The notes beneath the pieces are model-generated. The model was not told the DNA's origin, did no database searches, and saw only the letters and a list, made by a program, of their open reading frames with translations. DNA of 63,409 nucleotides, taken from the NCBI GenBank assembly GCA_947589065.1, contig CANPZM010000002.1, positions 1 to 63,409 of the forward strand, written 5' to 3'. Below, one piece after another: positions 1-8,526 of this stretch. Origin of the DNA: an uncultured Clostridia bacterium. Its GTDB lineage: Bacteria > Bacillota > Clostridia > TANB77 > CAG-508. How positions within the stretch are numbered: the first letter of the stretch is position 1; each line of letters starts with the position of its first letter. Position numbers and translations under genes: made by a program.

Positions 1-293
1 TTTTATATTTTTAAAATTAATTTTATTAAAAAATAGATATACCATCAAAAGACTATTTATAGAAATTTTTCTTCCTACAAATAGTCTTTTTAAGTATATC
101 TATTCTTAATATTTTTAAACTATCGTAGGCACAGCAATTTTAGCCTGTACCTACGCCACTTTTAGCAATAGTTACAAGCTCCTACGATGATGATGTAATT
201 GGTTTAAAAATATTTTCAAATTCATAATTACTCCTCTTTTTTTTATATATAAATATTAACATAATCTCTTATTGGTGTCAAATACTTCCTTTA

Positions 294-900
294 CTACTTT
301 ACTATAAACTCTCCTTCAAATTTTTTAGCTCCAAAGGTTTTAGATTTATTATTGTATGATTTCAACATAGTTTTGGTTTCTTCACCTTTTACATAGATTT
401 TTTCGAAATTTCCATCTACAAATATACACATCATATTATCTTTTAATTTTTCACCATCATTACTTGAAAAATCAAAATTGCTAATGTCTATTTCTGATAG
501 TTTCATATTTGAGAACATCCAAGCAAATTTTTTTTTGCGTTTGAAGTAGCAAAACTACTTACATCAACCTTTTTAGCTTTAGAATACAAAAAGCACTTTA
601 CTCATTGAAACTATAGGTTTCTCACTAATTATTGCATATATCTATATGTATACTGTCCATCAATATATTCAGCTCCTTGTTTTAACTCACCATTATATGT
701 TCCTATCTTTTTAACGTTTTACTGATTAGTGTTTTTTATTTCTTGACTATTGCTAGTTGTTTCCTCATTTGATTTTGACTCATCTATTGCTTTATTTTTT
801 ATTACTCCAAATATAATTCCTCCACAAATTACTACAACTGCTAATACCCCGATTAAAGTCTTAACTTTTTCCTTCTTGTATCTTATTTTTTTTTATTTAT
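294..900 (-). pseudogene. Disrupted surface-protein gene, DUF285/BspA-like leucine-rich repeat family remnant
   Basis: Minus-strand reading of 519-900 gives a membrane anchor (KVKTLIGVLAVVVICGGIIFGVIKNK) followed by stops and frame breaks. The only intact piece is the 74-aa ORF 294-518. Its MF..MKLSEIDISNFDFSS pattern resembles the MFxxCxxLxxLDLSxFDTS repeat of DUF285 proteins. No canonical start precedes the anchor. Confidence 0.4.
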
Positions 901-960
901 AATCTTTTCCACCTTTAAAGTTTTCATATATTACTTCTGTTATATCAAAAGTTGTTTTAT

Positions 961-1383
961 CTACGATATATTCTCCATATTTACCAAAATTCTTATCTGG
1001 GAATATAGCTTGCTATCTTTCTGACCATTTTCACCTTTTCTACTACAATAAATTGTAAATAGTATCCACGATAATATACCAACTACAACAAATCGATGAA
1101 TAATAGGGTATAATTTATATCCAAATACTGACTTATAAAAATTTTCAAATGGTATAAAAGCAAATGTAACTAAACCTATTATAAATATTATTAATTCTTT
1201 ATAATTTTTATCTTTTATACATTTAACTACTACTTCAGCAAATGCTCCTATTCCTAATAAGCAATACACTACTAGTACAATCAGCCACACATTGAAAGCT
1301 AATCCCACCATTTGTTCAAACATAATCAACAATCCAAAAAACAACAATAAAACTAATCCACAAATAACTCCAGTACCAGCCAT
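961..1383 (-). CDS. Small polytopic membrane protein, unknown function
   Basis: 140-aa ORF with about four hydrophobic helices. RBS-like ggaggt lies upstream of the ATG. No recognisable motif. Confidence 0.6.
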   Translation of the reverse strand: MAGTGVICGLVLLLFFGLLIMFEQMVGLAFNVWLIVLVVYCLLGIGAFAEVVVKCIKDKNYKELIIFIIGLVTFAFIPFENFYKSVFGYKLYPIIHRFVVVGILSWILFTIYCSRKGENGQKDSKLYSQIRILVNMENIS

Positions 1384-1397
1384 TGTTACCTCCTAAA

Positions 1398-1889
1398 TTA
1401 TTTTTCATTTAAAAATTTTAAACACATCTCAAAAAACTCTATATGACTTTCTGAAAACTCATCATTCTGTATCATATCTTTTATTTCTTCTATACTTGCC
1501 CATTTTGCTTTTTCAACTTCTTCTTGTTGCACTACAATATTTTCTATATTGACATTTTCTTTTAAATAATATAAGTCAACAAAATCATCTTCTTTTTTTA
1601 TTGTTTTAAATAATTGTATATTTTCGCTTTTTACATCAATTCCTAACTCTTCTTTTATCTCTGTTATAATTCCTTGTTTACTACTTTCTCCTGAAACAGG
1701 ATGTCCTCCTGTTGTAGCCCATTTACCATCCTTTTTCACTGCTCTTTTCTGAATCAAAAATTCTCCTGCTTCATTTTGGATAAAAATTACCACTGTAATA
1801 TAATATCTTCCTTTAGGAATAGTTTCTCCGGTAAGAACTGTTTCTCCTGTTAATTTTTTGTTTTCATCATATAAATCTCTCTTTTCCAT
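1398..1889 (-). CDS. NUDIX hydrolase
   Basis: Nudix box visible in GGHPVSGESSKQGIITEIKEELGI (GX5EX7REUXEEXGU pattern). Confidence 0.85.
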   Translation of the reverse strand: MEKRDLYDENKKLTGETVLTGETIPKGRYYITVVIFIQNEAGEFLIQKRAVKKDGKWATTGGHPVSGESSKQGIITEIKEELGIDVKSENIQLFKTIKKEDDFVDLYYLKENVNIENIVVQQEEVEKAKWASIEEIKDMIQNDEFSESHIEFFEMCLKFLNEK

Positions 1890-1935
1890 TCAAAATCCCC
1901 TACAAAAATATATCATATCTTTTAATATTTAAATA

Positions 1936-3090
1936 CTATTTTATTAAATTTATATATGATTTTTCAAACTCTGATAAATCATATCTCTTTTGCCATATAT
2001 CACTAGGAACCATTCTGCTCAAATAATTACTACCATTTACAATTTCTTTTATTTTATCCTTTAATTCTAATGCATTATTTTTAAAAATATAATTATACTC
2101 ATTTCCTTTAGCAATCTCATTAAATGTAGGAATATCATTCAATATAGTATATATTCCCAATGATAAAGATTCCAAAGCCGAGTATCCAAAACTCTCTGAT
2201 TTACTTGGCAAAACTGTTATATCTGCTATTTTGTACACCTCTGCCATATAATCAAATCTTATTATTTTAATGTCTATTTTATTGGTTTCTGCTTTTTCTT
2301 TCAATTCACTTACAAACTTTTCATATTGTTTGTCCAATCCTGTATAAATTATTTGTATTCTATCTTTTTCTTCATCATTTAACAAACAACAAGCATCCAA
2401 TAAGAGCATTGGTTGTTTTTGTATTGGTTCTAATCTGCTAGGAACTATTATTTTAATTTTTTCTTCATTTAATTTATATTGTTCAATTATATCTTCTTTG
2501 TTTTTTTCTGTTTGTATTCTTTTGATATCTATTGCGTGAGGGATAAATTCTATATTACAATCAGTTAACTTACTATATTCATTTGCATAAAACTTTGATG
2601 GTGCAACAAATATTGTATTCTCATTATCTTTGTATCTGTTCATTAATTCTAACATTTTATTATATGAATCTTTTCCCCAAGCAAGTTCATATTCAAAAGG
2701 ATTTGTATGTATCGTAAAAATTCTCTTTTTATCTTTCCAAGCCTCTAAAAACAACAATGAATTTAATTGTATAAAATCATATTTGCTTACATCTATTTTG
2801 TTTTCTAATTTTTCTGCCAAATTCTTATATGCTTCTTCATTTTCAAAATTACCAAAATAGTTTTGAACTACATACTCGTCTGCCTCTCCATCCATATTAA
2901 ACAAATTTATATTAATATAGTTTACGCAATCTTCCACATAACTTTTTCCAGAGAACATAAAAACATCTACTTCATTATTATCATGTGCCAATGAATTTGC
3001 CAAATCCATCACAAATCTTTCTGTACCACCAATTGCCTTATTTGATATTGCCCATGTATTGATTATTGCTATTCTCATTTCTAACAACAT
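1936..3090 (-). CDS. Glycosyltransferase, GT-B fold (GT4-like)
   Basis: N-terminal RIAIINTW...GGTERF and C-terminal PSKSESFGYSALESLSLG (EX7E-type region) are typical of GT4 enzymes. The likely start is MRIAII at 3078. Confidence 0.8.
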   Translation of the reverse strand: MLLEMRIAIINTWAISNKAIGGTERFVMDLANSLAHDNNEVDVFMFSGKSYVEDCVNYININLFNMDGEADEYVVQNYFGNFENEEAYKNLAEKLENKIDVSKYDFIQLNSLLFLEAWKDKKRIFTIHTNPFEYELAWGKDSYNKMLELMNRYKDNENTIFVAPSKFYANEYSKLTDCNIEFIPHAIDIKRIQTEKNKEDIIEQYKLNEEKIKIIVPSRLEPIQKQPMLLLDACCLLNDEEKDRIQIIYTGLDKQYEKFVSELKEKAETNKIDIKIIRFDYMAEVYKIADITVLPSKSESFGYSALESLSLGIYTILNDIPTFNEIAKGNEYNYIFKNNALELKDKIKEIVNGSNYLSRMVPSDIWQKRYDLSEFEKSYINLIK

Positions 3091-4186
3091 CCTCCCTTCT
3101 TTTCCTTATTATCCCTCTACCAACTTTTACTTTTAAATTTTGACTAAACATATTTTGTTCTTTGTGTCCATAATATGCTGATTCTATAACTTCTAAATAA
3201 TTTTCTATTGAATGTATTTCGGAATATCTATATGCATTTTCACTTAAAGTCGAATATGTATCTTTATCTATATTTATCCTACCTGGTTCTACTCCTTTCT
3301 GAAATACAATTCCTATATTTTCATTATTTACAACTTCCGAAAAATCTATCACATCAGATATGATAACAGGTTTTCCCCTTACTATCCCATCAATTAATGA
3401 ATTAGGAACATCCTTTACAATTCTTTTTTGAGGTACAAAAGCCACAAAGTCAGAGCTATCAAATAGTTCAATTAATTTTTTTGTATCATTATGAATATCT
3501 AATAAACTAACTCTATCCCATACTTTTAGCTCTTTTGCTATTTTTTCAAAACTTTCTGTATCGTTATCTCTTAATGGTATTGTAAGAGTAATATTAGGAT
3601 TGTTTTTTAATAACTTTAATATAAACTCTAATCCTCTTTCTCTTACTGCATCGCCTTCTTTATTGTTCCAACTTGCAAATAGTATATTTACATTATCAGG
3701 ATCATATCTTTTATCACTCTTTTTTCTTGAGATTTTTGAAGGTGTAGGTGTTACATCTACTTTTTCTTCTTCTATACCATTCTCAATTAATATTTTTTTA
3801 TGAGCTGGCAATTCTACAAACACTTTTCTTAAATTATTATATTTTTTTAAGTGTTCAGCATATTCTTTAGTAGGTCTTCTGTACATAGATACATATAATG
3901 GATTTCCACTTTTATTTAATAAAATTCTTTTCCATACACAAGGTTCTTCTTCAAAAATATGCACTATTTCATCTCTACTATTTAACATCGCTTTTATTGT
4001 TTCAAAAAAATATCTTACAGGAGAATATACATAGATATTGTCTTTCTTATCTTCCTCTTGTAATGCTTTTTGTCCCATAAATCTTGTTGCAGATATTATT
4101 TTTCCATTATTAGATTTTGATATACTCTCCATTTGATTTGAAACCGCTTCTTTATGTCTTACAAAAAAATCATTTATTATTAACAT
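3038..4186 (-). CDS. Glycosyltransferase-like protein (GT-B C-terminal half)
   Basis: 382-aa ORF in an operon with the GT4 gene. The C-terminal half (SDFVAFVPQ...NSLIDGIVRGKPVIISD) resembles the GT-B nucleotide-sugar binding domain. The N-terminal half is unassigned. Confidence 0.55.
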   Translation of the reverse strand: MLIINDFFVRHKEAVSNQMESISKSNNGKIISATRFMGQKALQEEDKKDNIYVYSPVRYFFETIKAMLNSRDEIVHIFEEEPCVWKRILLNKSGNPLYVSMYRRPTKEYAEHLKKYNNLRKVFVELPAHKKILIENGIEEEKVDVTPTPSKISRKKSDKRYDPDNVNILFASWNNKEGDAVRERGLEFILKLLKNNPNITLTIPLRDNDTESFEKIAKELKVWDRVSLLDIHNDTKKLIELFDSSDFVAFVPQKRIVKDVPNSLIDGIVRGKPVIISDVIDFSEVVNNENIGIVFQKGVEPGRINIDKDTYSTLSENAYRYSEIHSIENYLEVIESAYYGHKEQNMFSQNLKVKVGRGIIRKRREDVVRNENSNNQYMGNIK

Positions 4187-5193
4187 ATTTTATATTCCTT
4201 ATCTATTATTTTAAAAAATTCTTTTATAATCTTTTTTCTATAATCTATATCTTCTTTATACTTATTAACAATAGTATATCTGTCAACTCTAGGTTCTAAC
4301 TCTAAAAAACTTCTTTCAATTATATTTTTTGACAATCCAAATTTATAACTATTTTCAAAAATGTTCATTTTCTTTATTTCATTTAATATTTCATTTACTT
4401 CTCTATTCTGCAATAATGTCATAATTATTATTCCTATCGACACTGACATTCCATGCGGTATATCTATCCTCCTCTCAATTTCTTTTGCCATTATATGTTC
4501 TGATCCACTTTCTGGTCTTCCAGTTCCATATAAATTGGTTATATATCCTGCTATGCCAATAAACTTAAATAGTTTCATATTATTCTCGACAATATCTTCT
4601 AATGAATTATGATTTATAAAATCTAATACTTCACAAAGTAACTTATCTGCTCTATCATATATATTCTTGTCAACTTCTTCATTTATATCTTTATTTGCTA
4701 TCTTCCAATCATATAATGCTGTATAAATTGATAGTACATCTGCTAAACCATAAAGGTTTTCGTTTTTTGAAAGTTTTAAGATTTCATTGTCTATAATTAT
4801 TTTATCTGGCATTTTAGCTTCTAATGTTATTTTTTTATCATTATCTATCAAAGCAACCTTATTTGTGGCATAAGAATTAGTTGATAGCATTGAAGGAATG
4901 CAAGTATATTTTATTCCTGTTTTATACGATAGATATTTTCCAATATCTATTGTACTTCCTCCACCAAAAGTTATTACTTCTTCTATATCTTCTAAATTTT
5001 CTATATACTTATTAATTGAATCAATATCTTTTGTAATATTATGCCAATTTTCAAACTTTAATTGATTGTTCTCTATATTTATTTTTTTTAAAGAAGTAGG
5101 AGAATATATTAATAATGTTTTTTTGTTTTTATTTCTTAAATAATCAGTAATGTTTCTTTCTTCAGCAATATCATAAAAATATTCAGATTCCAT
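4180..5193 (-). CDS. Iron-containing alcohol dehydrogenase family 2, sn-glycerol-1-phosphate dehydrogenase-like (AraM/EgsA-like)
   Basis: GGGSTIDIGKY nucleotide-binding loop, then a metal-ligand-like pattern D...SGSEHIMAKEIE...PHGMSVSIG, as in Fe-ADH_2/G1PDH proteins. Confidence 0.6.
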   Translation of the reverse strand: MESEYFYDIAEERNITDYLRNKNKKTLLIYSPTSLKKINIENNQLKFENWHNITKDIDSINKYIENLEDIEEVITFGGGSTIDIGKYLSYKTGIKYTCIPSMLSTNSYATNKVALIDNDKKITLEAKMPDKIIIDNEILKLSKNENLYGLADVLSIYTALYDWKIANKDINEEVDKNIYDRADKLLCEVLDFINHNSLEDIVENNMKLFKFIGIAGYITNLYGTGRPESGSEHIMAKEIERRIDIPHGMSVSIGIIIMTLLQNREVNEILNEIKKMNIFENSYKFGLSKNIIERSFLELEPRVDRYTIVNKYKEDIDYRKKIIKEFFKIIDKEYKIC

Positions 5194-5202
5194 TTTTCAC
5201 CT

Positions 5203-6309
5203 CTAAATATATTTTTTATACTTTATATTTTCTTTCATTTCATCTACTATTTTTGGTAATTGATTAATTTTTTCCTTATCCGCTACTAATATCACTCCAT
5301 TACAATTTACTATATTTAAATTTTTTACACCTATTGTAACCATTAAGCAATTATTGTTTTCATTATAGATATTCGTTTCTTCTGTATCTTGAACTATTGC
5401 CTGTCCAATTTTTATATTATTATTTTCATCTCTCGCTTTTATTTTAAAGAAATCATTTATACTTCCTATATCCATCCATTCAAATTCGCCCTTTACCATC
5501 TTTATATTATTAGATTTTTCTAATATTCCTTTATCTATTGATATAGGTTGAATCTTACTATAAATTTCTTTAATTATTGTATCTTCTTTTGGTGTATTTA
5601 CATTTTTTTCAATTTTATCTTTATATTTATACAATTCTGATAAATATTTCTTAAAATTATTTAATATTGTTTCAATATTCCATATAAAGATTCCACTATT
5701 CCAATAATATTTACCGCTTTTCAAATATTCTAATGCTTTATCATAATTTGGTTTTTCTCTAAAATTTTGAACTACATTGCAGTTTTGCTTACTATTATAA
5801 TTATATTTTATATATCCAAATCCTGTTGCTGGATATGTAGGCTTTATTCCTATAGTTACTATATTTTCATTATAATTTGCTATTTGCATTCCCTCTACAA
5901 TATTATCTCGTAATCTTTCTTCTTGCTTTATATAATGGTCCGAAGACAGTATTGTCATTATACCATTACCTTTTAAGTTCTTTATTTTTAAAGTCGCATA
6001 AAAAATACACATAGCAGTATTCTTGGCCATTGGCTCACATATTATGTTTTCCCTTGGAATATTGAAATCTATATATCTATTTGCAATTTTCTCTTGATTC
6101 TTATTTATAATAATAAATATATTTTTATATTCAAATAATGGCTCAATTCTTTTTATAGTTTCATTTATCATTATATTCTCTTCATATAAATTTAAAAATT
6201 GTTTTGGTCTATTTTCTGTACTAATTGGCCATAATCTTGTTCCATTTCCTCCCGCCAAAATTAAAGCATATTTGTTTACTTCTTCATATTTATTTTTCAT
6301 ACTCTTCAT
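5203..6309 (-). CDS. Sugar-phosphate nucleotidyltransferase, mannose-1-phosphate guanylyltransferase-like
   Basis: N-terminal LILAGGNGTRLWPIS signature and a ManC-like length without the isomerase domain. Confidence 0.8.
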   Translation of the reverse strand: MKSMKNKYEEVNKYALILAGGNGTRLWPISTENRPKQFLNLYEENIMINETIKRIEPLFEYKNIFIIINKNQEKIANRYIDFNIPRENIICEPMAKNTAMCIFYATLKIKNLKGNGIMTILSSDHYIKQEERLRDNIVEGMQIANYNENIVTIGIKPTYPATGFGYIKYNYNSKQNCNVVQNFREKPNYDKALEYLKSGKYYWNSGIFIWNIETILNNFKKYLSELYKYKDKIEKNVNTPKEDTIIKEIYSKIQPISIDKGILEKSNNIKMVKGEFEWMDIGSINDFFKIKARDENNNIKIGQAIVQDTEETNIYNENNNCLMVTIGVKNLNIVNCNGVILVADKEKINQLPKIVDEMKENIKYKKYI

Positions 6310-6883
6310 CTCTTAATCCTTTTAATAATTCTATATATGTTCTTTTTTCCTGCTTTTCGCCTTCAGCTTCTCCCTTTTCCATTATAGATTGATAACCTTT
6401 TCTTACATAATCTGCAATACCATAATCTTTATATTTATTCAATACTTGTAAAGTCCTTTGCATTTCCTCTAAATCATCTGAAATATGAATTAAATTATCA
6501 AAAAAATATCCATCTATTTTGGAAGCATACTCATCTCTTATTCTTTGTTTTACTGATCTTGCCTCTATACACTGTAGCTTTCCATTACTATCAGTTTTAT
6601 AAGTAGGATTATCAATTTTAAATACAAATGCAACTATTTGATTGTTATTTACTTTCATGCTTTCTATCTTTTCATATATGTATCCACCATCATATGCCTC
6701 TTTATCTCCTTTGTAACAGTCCAGAACAAAATCAGCACATTTATCTTTTAAATCATAAATTCTTACTTGTATAACATCCTCCATAATTGCTATTTTCAAC
6801 ATCATTTCTCGAAAATATTTACTTCCCATATTCCATAATATTCCTACAGGATATTCACTTGTTTTATTTTCTACTACCTGCAT
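6290..6883 (-). CDS. Hypothetical protein, first gene of the glycan operon
   Basis: 197-aa ORF with an RBS (aaaaggag). It overlaps the next gene by 20 nt. No motif recognised. Confidence 0.6.
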   Translation of the reverse strand: MQVVENKTSEYPVGILWNMGSKYFREMMLKIAIMEDVIQVRIYDLKDKCADFVLDCYKGDKEAYDGGYIYEKIESMKVNNNQIVAFVFKIDNPTYKTDSNGKLQCIEARSVKQRIRDEYASKIDGYFFDNLIHISDDLEEMQRTLQVLNKYKDYGIADYVRKGYQSIMEKGEAEGEKQEKRTYIELLKGLRDEEYEK

Positions 6884-7146
6884 TTTATTTCTCCTTTTAT
6901 CTTACAATATTAATGAGTAATTAATATTGATATATTTCCTAAAACTGTATATCTTTTTAAATCTGATGGAATTAATATAGTCATACCGTTCAATTTGCAT
7001 AAACCTTCTAACAAAAAAGAGGCATCACAACACACTCTTGTATTATTGACACCTCTTAAATCTATTCTTTTTGAAATACAATATTTTTGAAATCATACAA
7101 TTCATCTCCTAATATTTGTAATAAACATAAATAGTTTACCGTAAAT

Positions 7147-7174
7147 ATTATATCACGATTTTCTAAATTGTCAA
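7147..7174 (-). promoter_or_regulatory. Sigma-A type promoter: TTGACA, 16-nt spacer, TATAAT
   Basis: Minus-strand TTGACA (7174-7169) and TATAAT (7152-7147) with a 16-nt spacer. It lies upstream of a 20-aa ORF, a terminator-like hairpin and the glycan operon. Confidence 0.6.
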
Positions 7175-7298
7175 ATATTACCTTATTTCTAAGTTTTTTT
7201 AATAATTTTCTAGGTCAGATAATTTTATCTTTTTAGATAGATTAGAAATATATACATCATTTAAATAGTAAAAAACTAACAATATAATTTTTTAACTA

Positions 7299-7331
7299 AT
7301 ATAATAGGAAAGTAGAACTTTTCTATTATAC
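7299..7331 (-). repeat. Module-3-only copy of the intergenic repeat family (AT-rich hairpin)
   Basis: ataataggaaag-tagaac-ttttctattat matches the TATAATAGGAAAG/CTTTCCTATTATA hairpin of the full repeats. Confidence 0.6.
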
Positions 7332-7359
7332 AAAAAAAGCTAGCAATTTAGCTAGCCTT
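7332..7359 (-). terminator. Rho-independent terminator after tRNA-Asn
   Basis: The minus strand reads aaaGGCTAGCtaaattGCTAGCttttttt immediately 3' of the tRNA. Confidence 0.75.
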
Positions 7360-7435
7360 TGGCTCCTCATGTTGGACTCGAACCAACGACCTATCGGTTA
7401 ACAGCCGAGCGCTCTACCAACTGAGCTAATGAGGA
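7360..7435 (-). tRNA. tRNA-Asn (anticodon GUU)
   Basis: The reverse complement is TCCTCATTAGCTCAGTTGGTAGAGCGCTCGGCTGTTAACCGATAGGTCGTTGGTTCGAGTCCAACATGAGGAGCCA. It folds as a cloverleaf with anticodon loop CTGTTAA, a GTTCGAGTC T-loop and an encoded CCA. There is one mismatch at the top of the anticodon stem. Confidence 0.9.
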
Positions 7436-7502
7436 ATATTTTCTCAACGATTTTAATTATATATTATAAAAAAATTTTATGCAATACTTTTAATAAAATT
7501 TA

Positions 7503-8414
7503 TTAGATTATTATTAATTTTATATTATATAGAATAAACGAAATAAGTAATATTATTCCTTCTTTCCTTTGAATTTCTTCTTTATTTGATAATGCAGATA
7601 TTATTAATACTAATGTTATTATTGCTAAAAAAATAAAATCCTGATTATATTGTTCTGAAAATTGTATTGGATTAATTATACTCGTTATACCAAATACTAA
7701 TAATAAATTAAAAATATTTGAACCTATAATATTACCAACTGCAATCTCTTGTGTGTTTTTATTTATTGCTGTTATAGAAGTTACTAATTCTGGTAATGAC
7801 GTACCTATAGCAACAATTGTTATCCCAATTATTTTCTCGCTTATTAGCATTTTCCTTGCTATTAGTGACGCATTTTTTACAACAAAATCTCCTCCATATT
7901 TTAGTAATAATATTCCAACTAAAAATTGAATTATCGATTTTACTATCGAATTATCTTCCTTTTTATTTTCAGTTGTTTTTTTATTAAATATCATCAGTAA
8001 AAAAATAATAAAAAATAATATTAATATTATTCCTTCTACTCTGGTAATCTGCCCATATATGTTACTTAAAAGCTCAACTAAAAGAATAGAAAAAAACATT
8101 AGCATAACAATTGACTTTTCTTTTATATTAATTTTTATTGGCTTAATAACACAAATTATTCCTAAAATTAATAATAAATTATAAATACAACTTCCAATTA
8201 TATTGCCTATCAATAAATCATTATGTCCAATCAATACTGACTCTATACTAACAATTAACTCTGGCAAAGACGTTCCAATTGAGACTATTGTAAGTCCTAT
8301 AACAAATTCAGATATTTTTAGTTTTCTGGCTATACTACTTGACCCATCAACTAAAAAATTTGCTCCTTTTATTAAAAAAATAAATCCAATTATTATAAAT
8401 ATTAAATTTATCAT
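7503..8414 (-). CDS. Sodium/calcium exchanger family (CaCA, YrbG-like) antiporter
   Basis: Two internal repeats each carry GTSLPEL (alpha-repeat signature). The protein is about 10 TM helices long. Confidence 0.85.
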   Translation of the reverse strand: MINLIFIIIGFIFLIKGANFLVDGSSSIARKLKISEFVIGLTIVSIGTSLPELIVSIESVLIGHNDLLIGNIIGSCIYNLLLILGIICVIKPIKINIKEKSIVMLMFFSILLVELLSNIYGQITRVEGIILILFFIIFLLMIFNKKTTENKKEDNSIVKSIIQFLVGILLLKYGGDFVVKNASLIARKMLISEKIIGITIVAIGTSLPELVTSITAINKNTQEIAVGNIIGSNIFNLLLVFGITSIINPIQFSEQYNQDFIFLAIITLVLIISALSNKEEIQRKEGIILLISFILYNIKLIII

Positions 8415-8526
8415 CTTTTCCTCTATTTCTATTTATTCCCTATCACATCTTATTTATTCAATTATTGAATTCTATTTTTATTTATGATATATATTTTTAT
8501 ATAATAAGTGAAAGGAATATTAATAT

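Noticed and set aside
6884-7010. A possible 24-aa ORF (MTILIPSDLKRYTVLGNISILITH) between the leader hairpin and the glycan operon.
   Set aside because: It has no RBS, is very short, and has no supporting feature. It was not reported as a gene.
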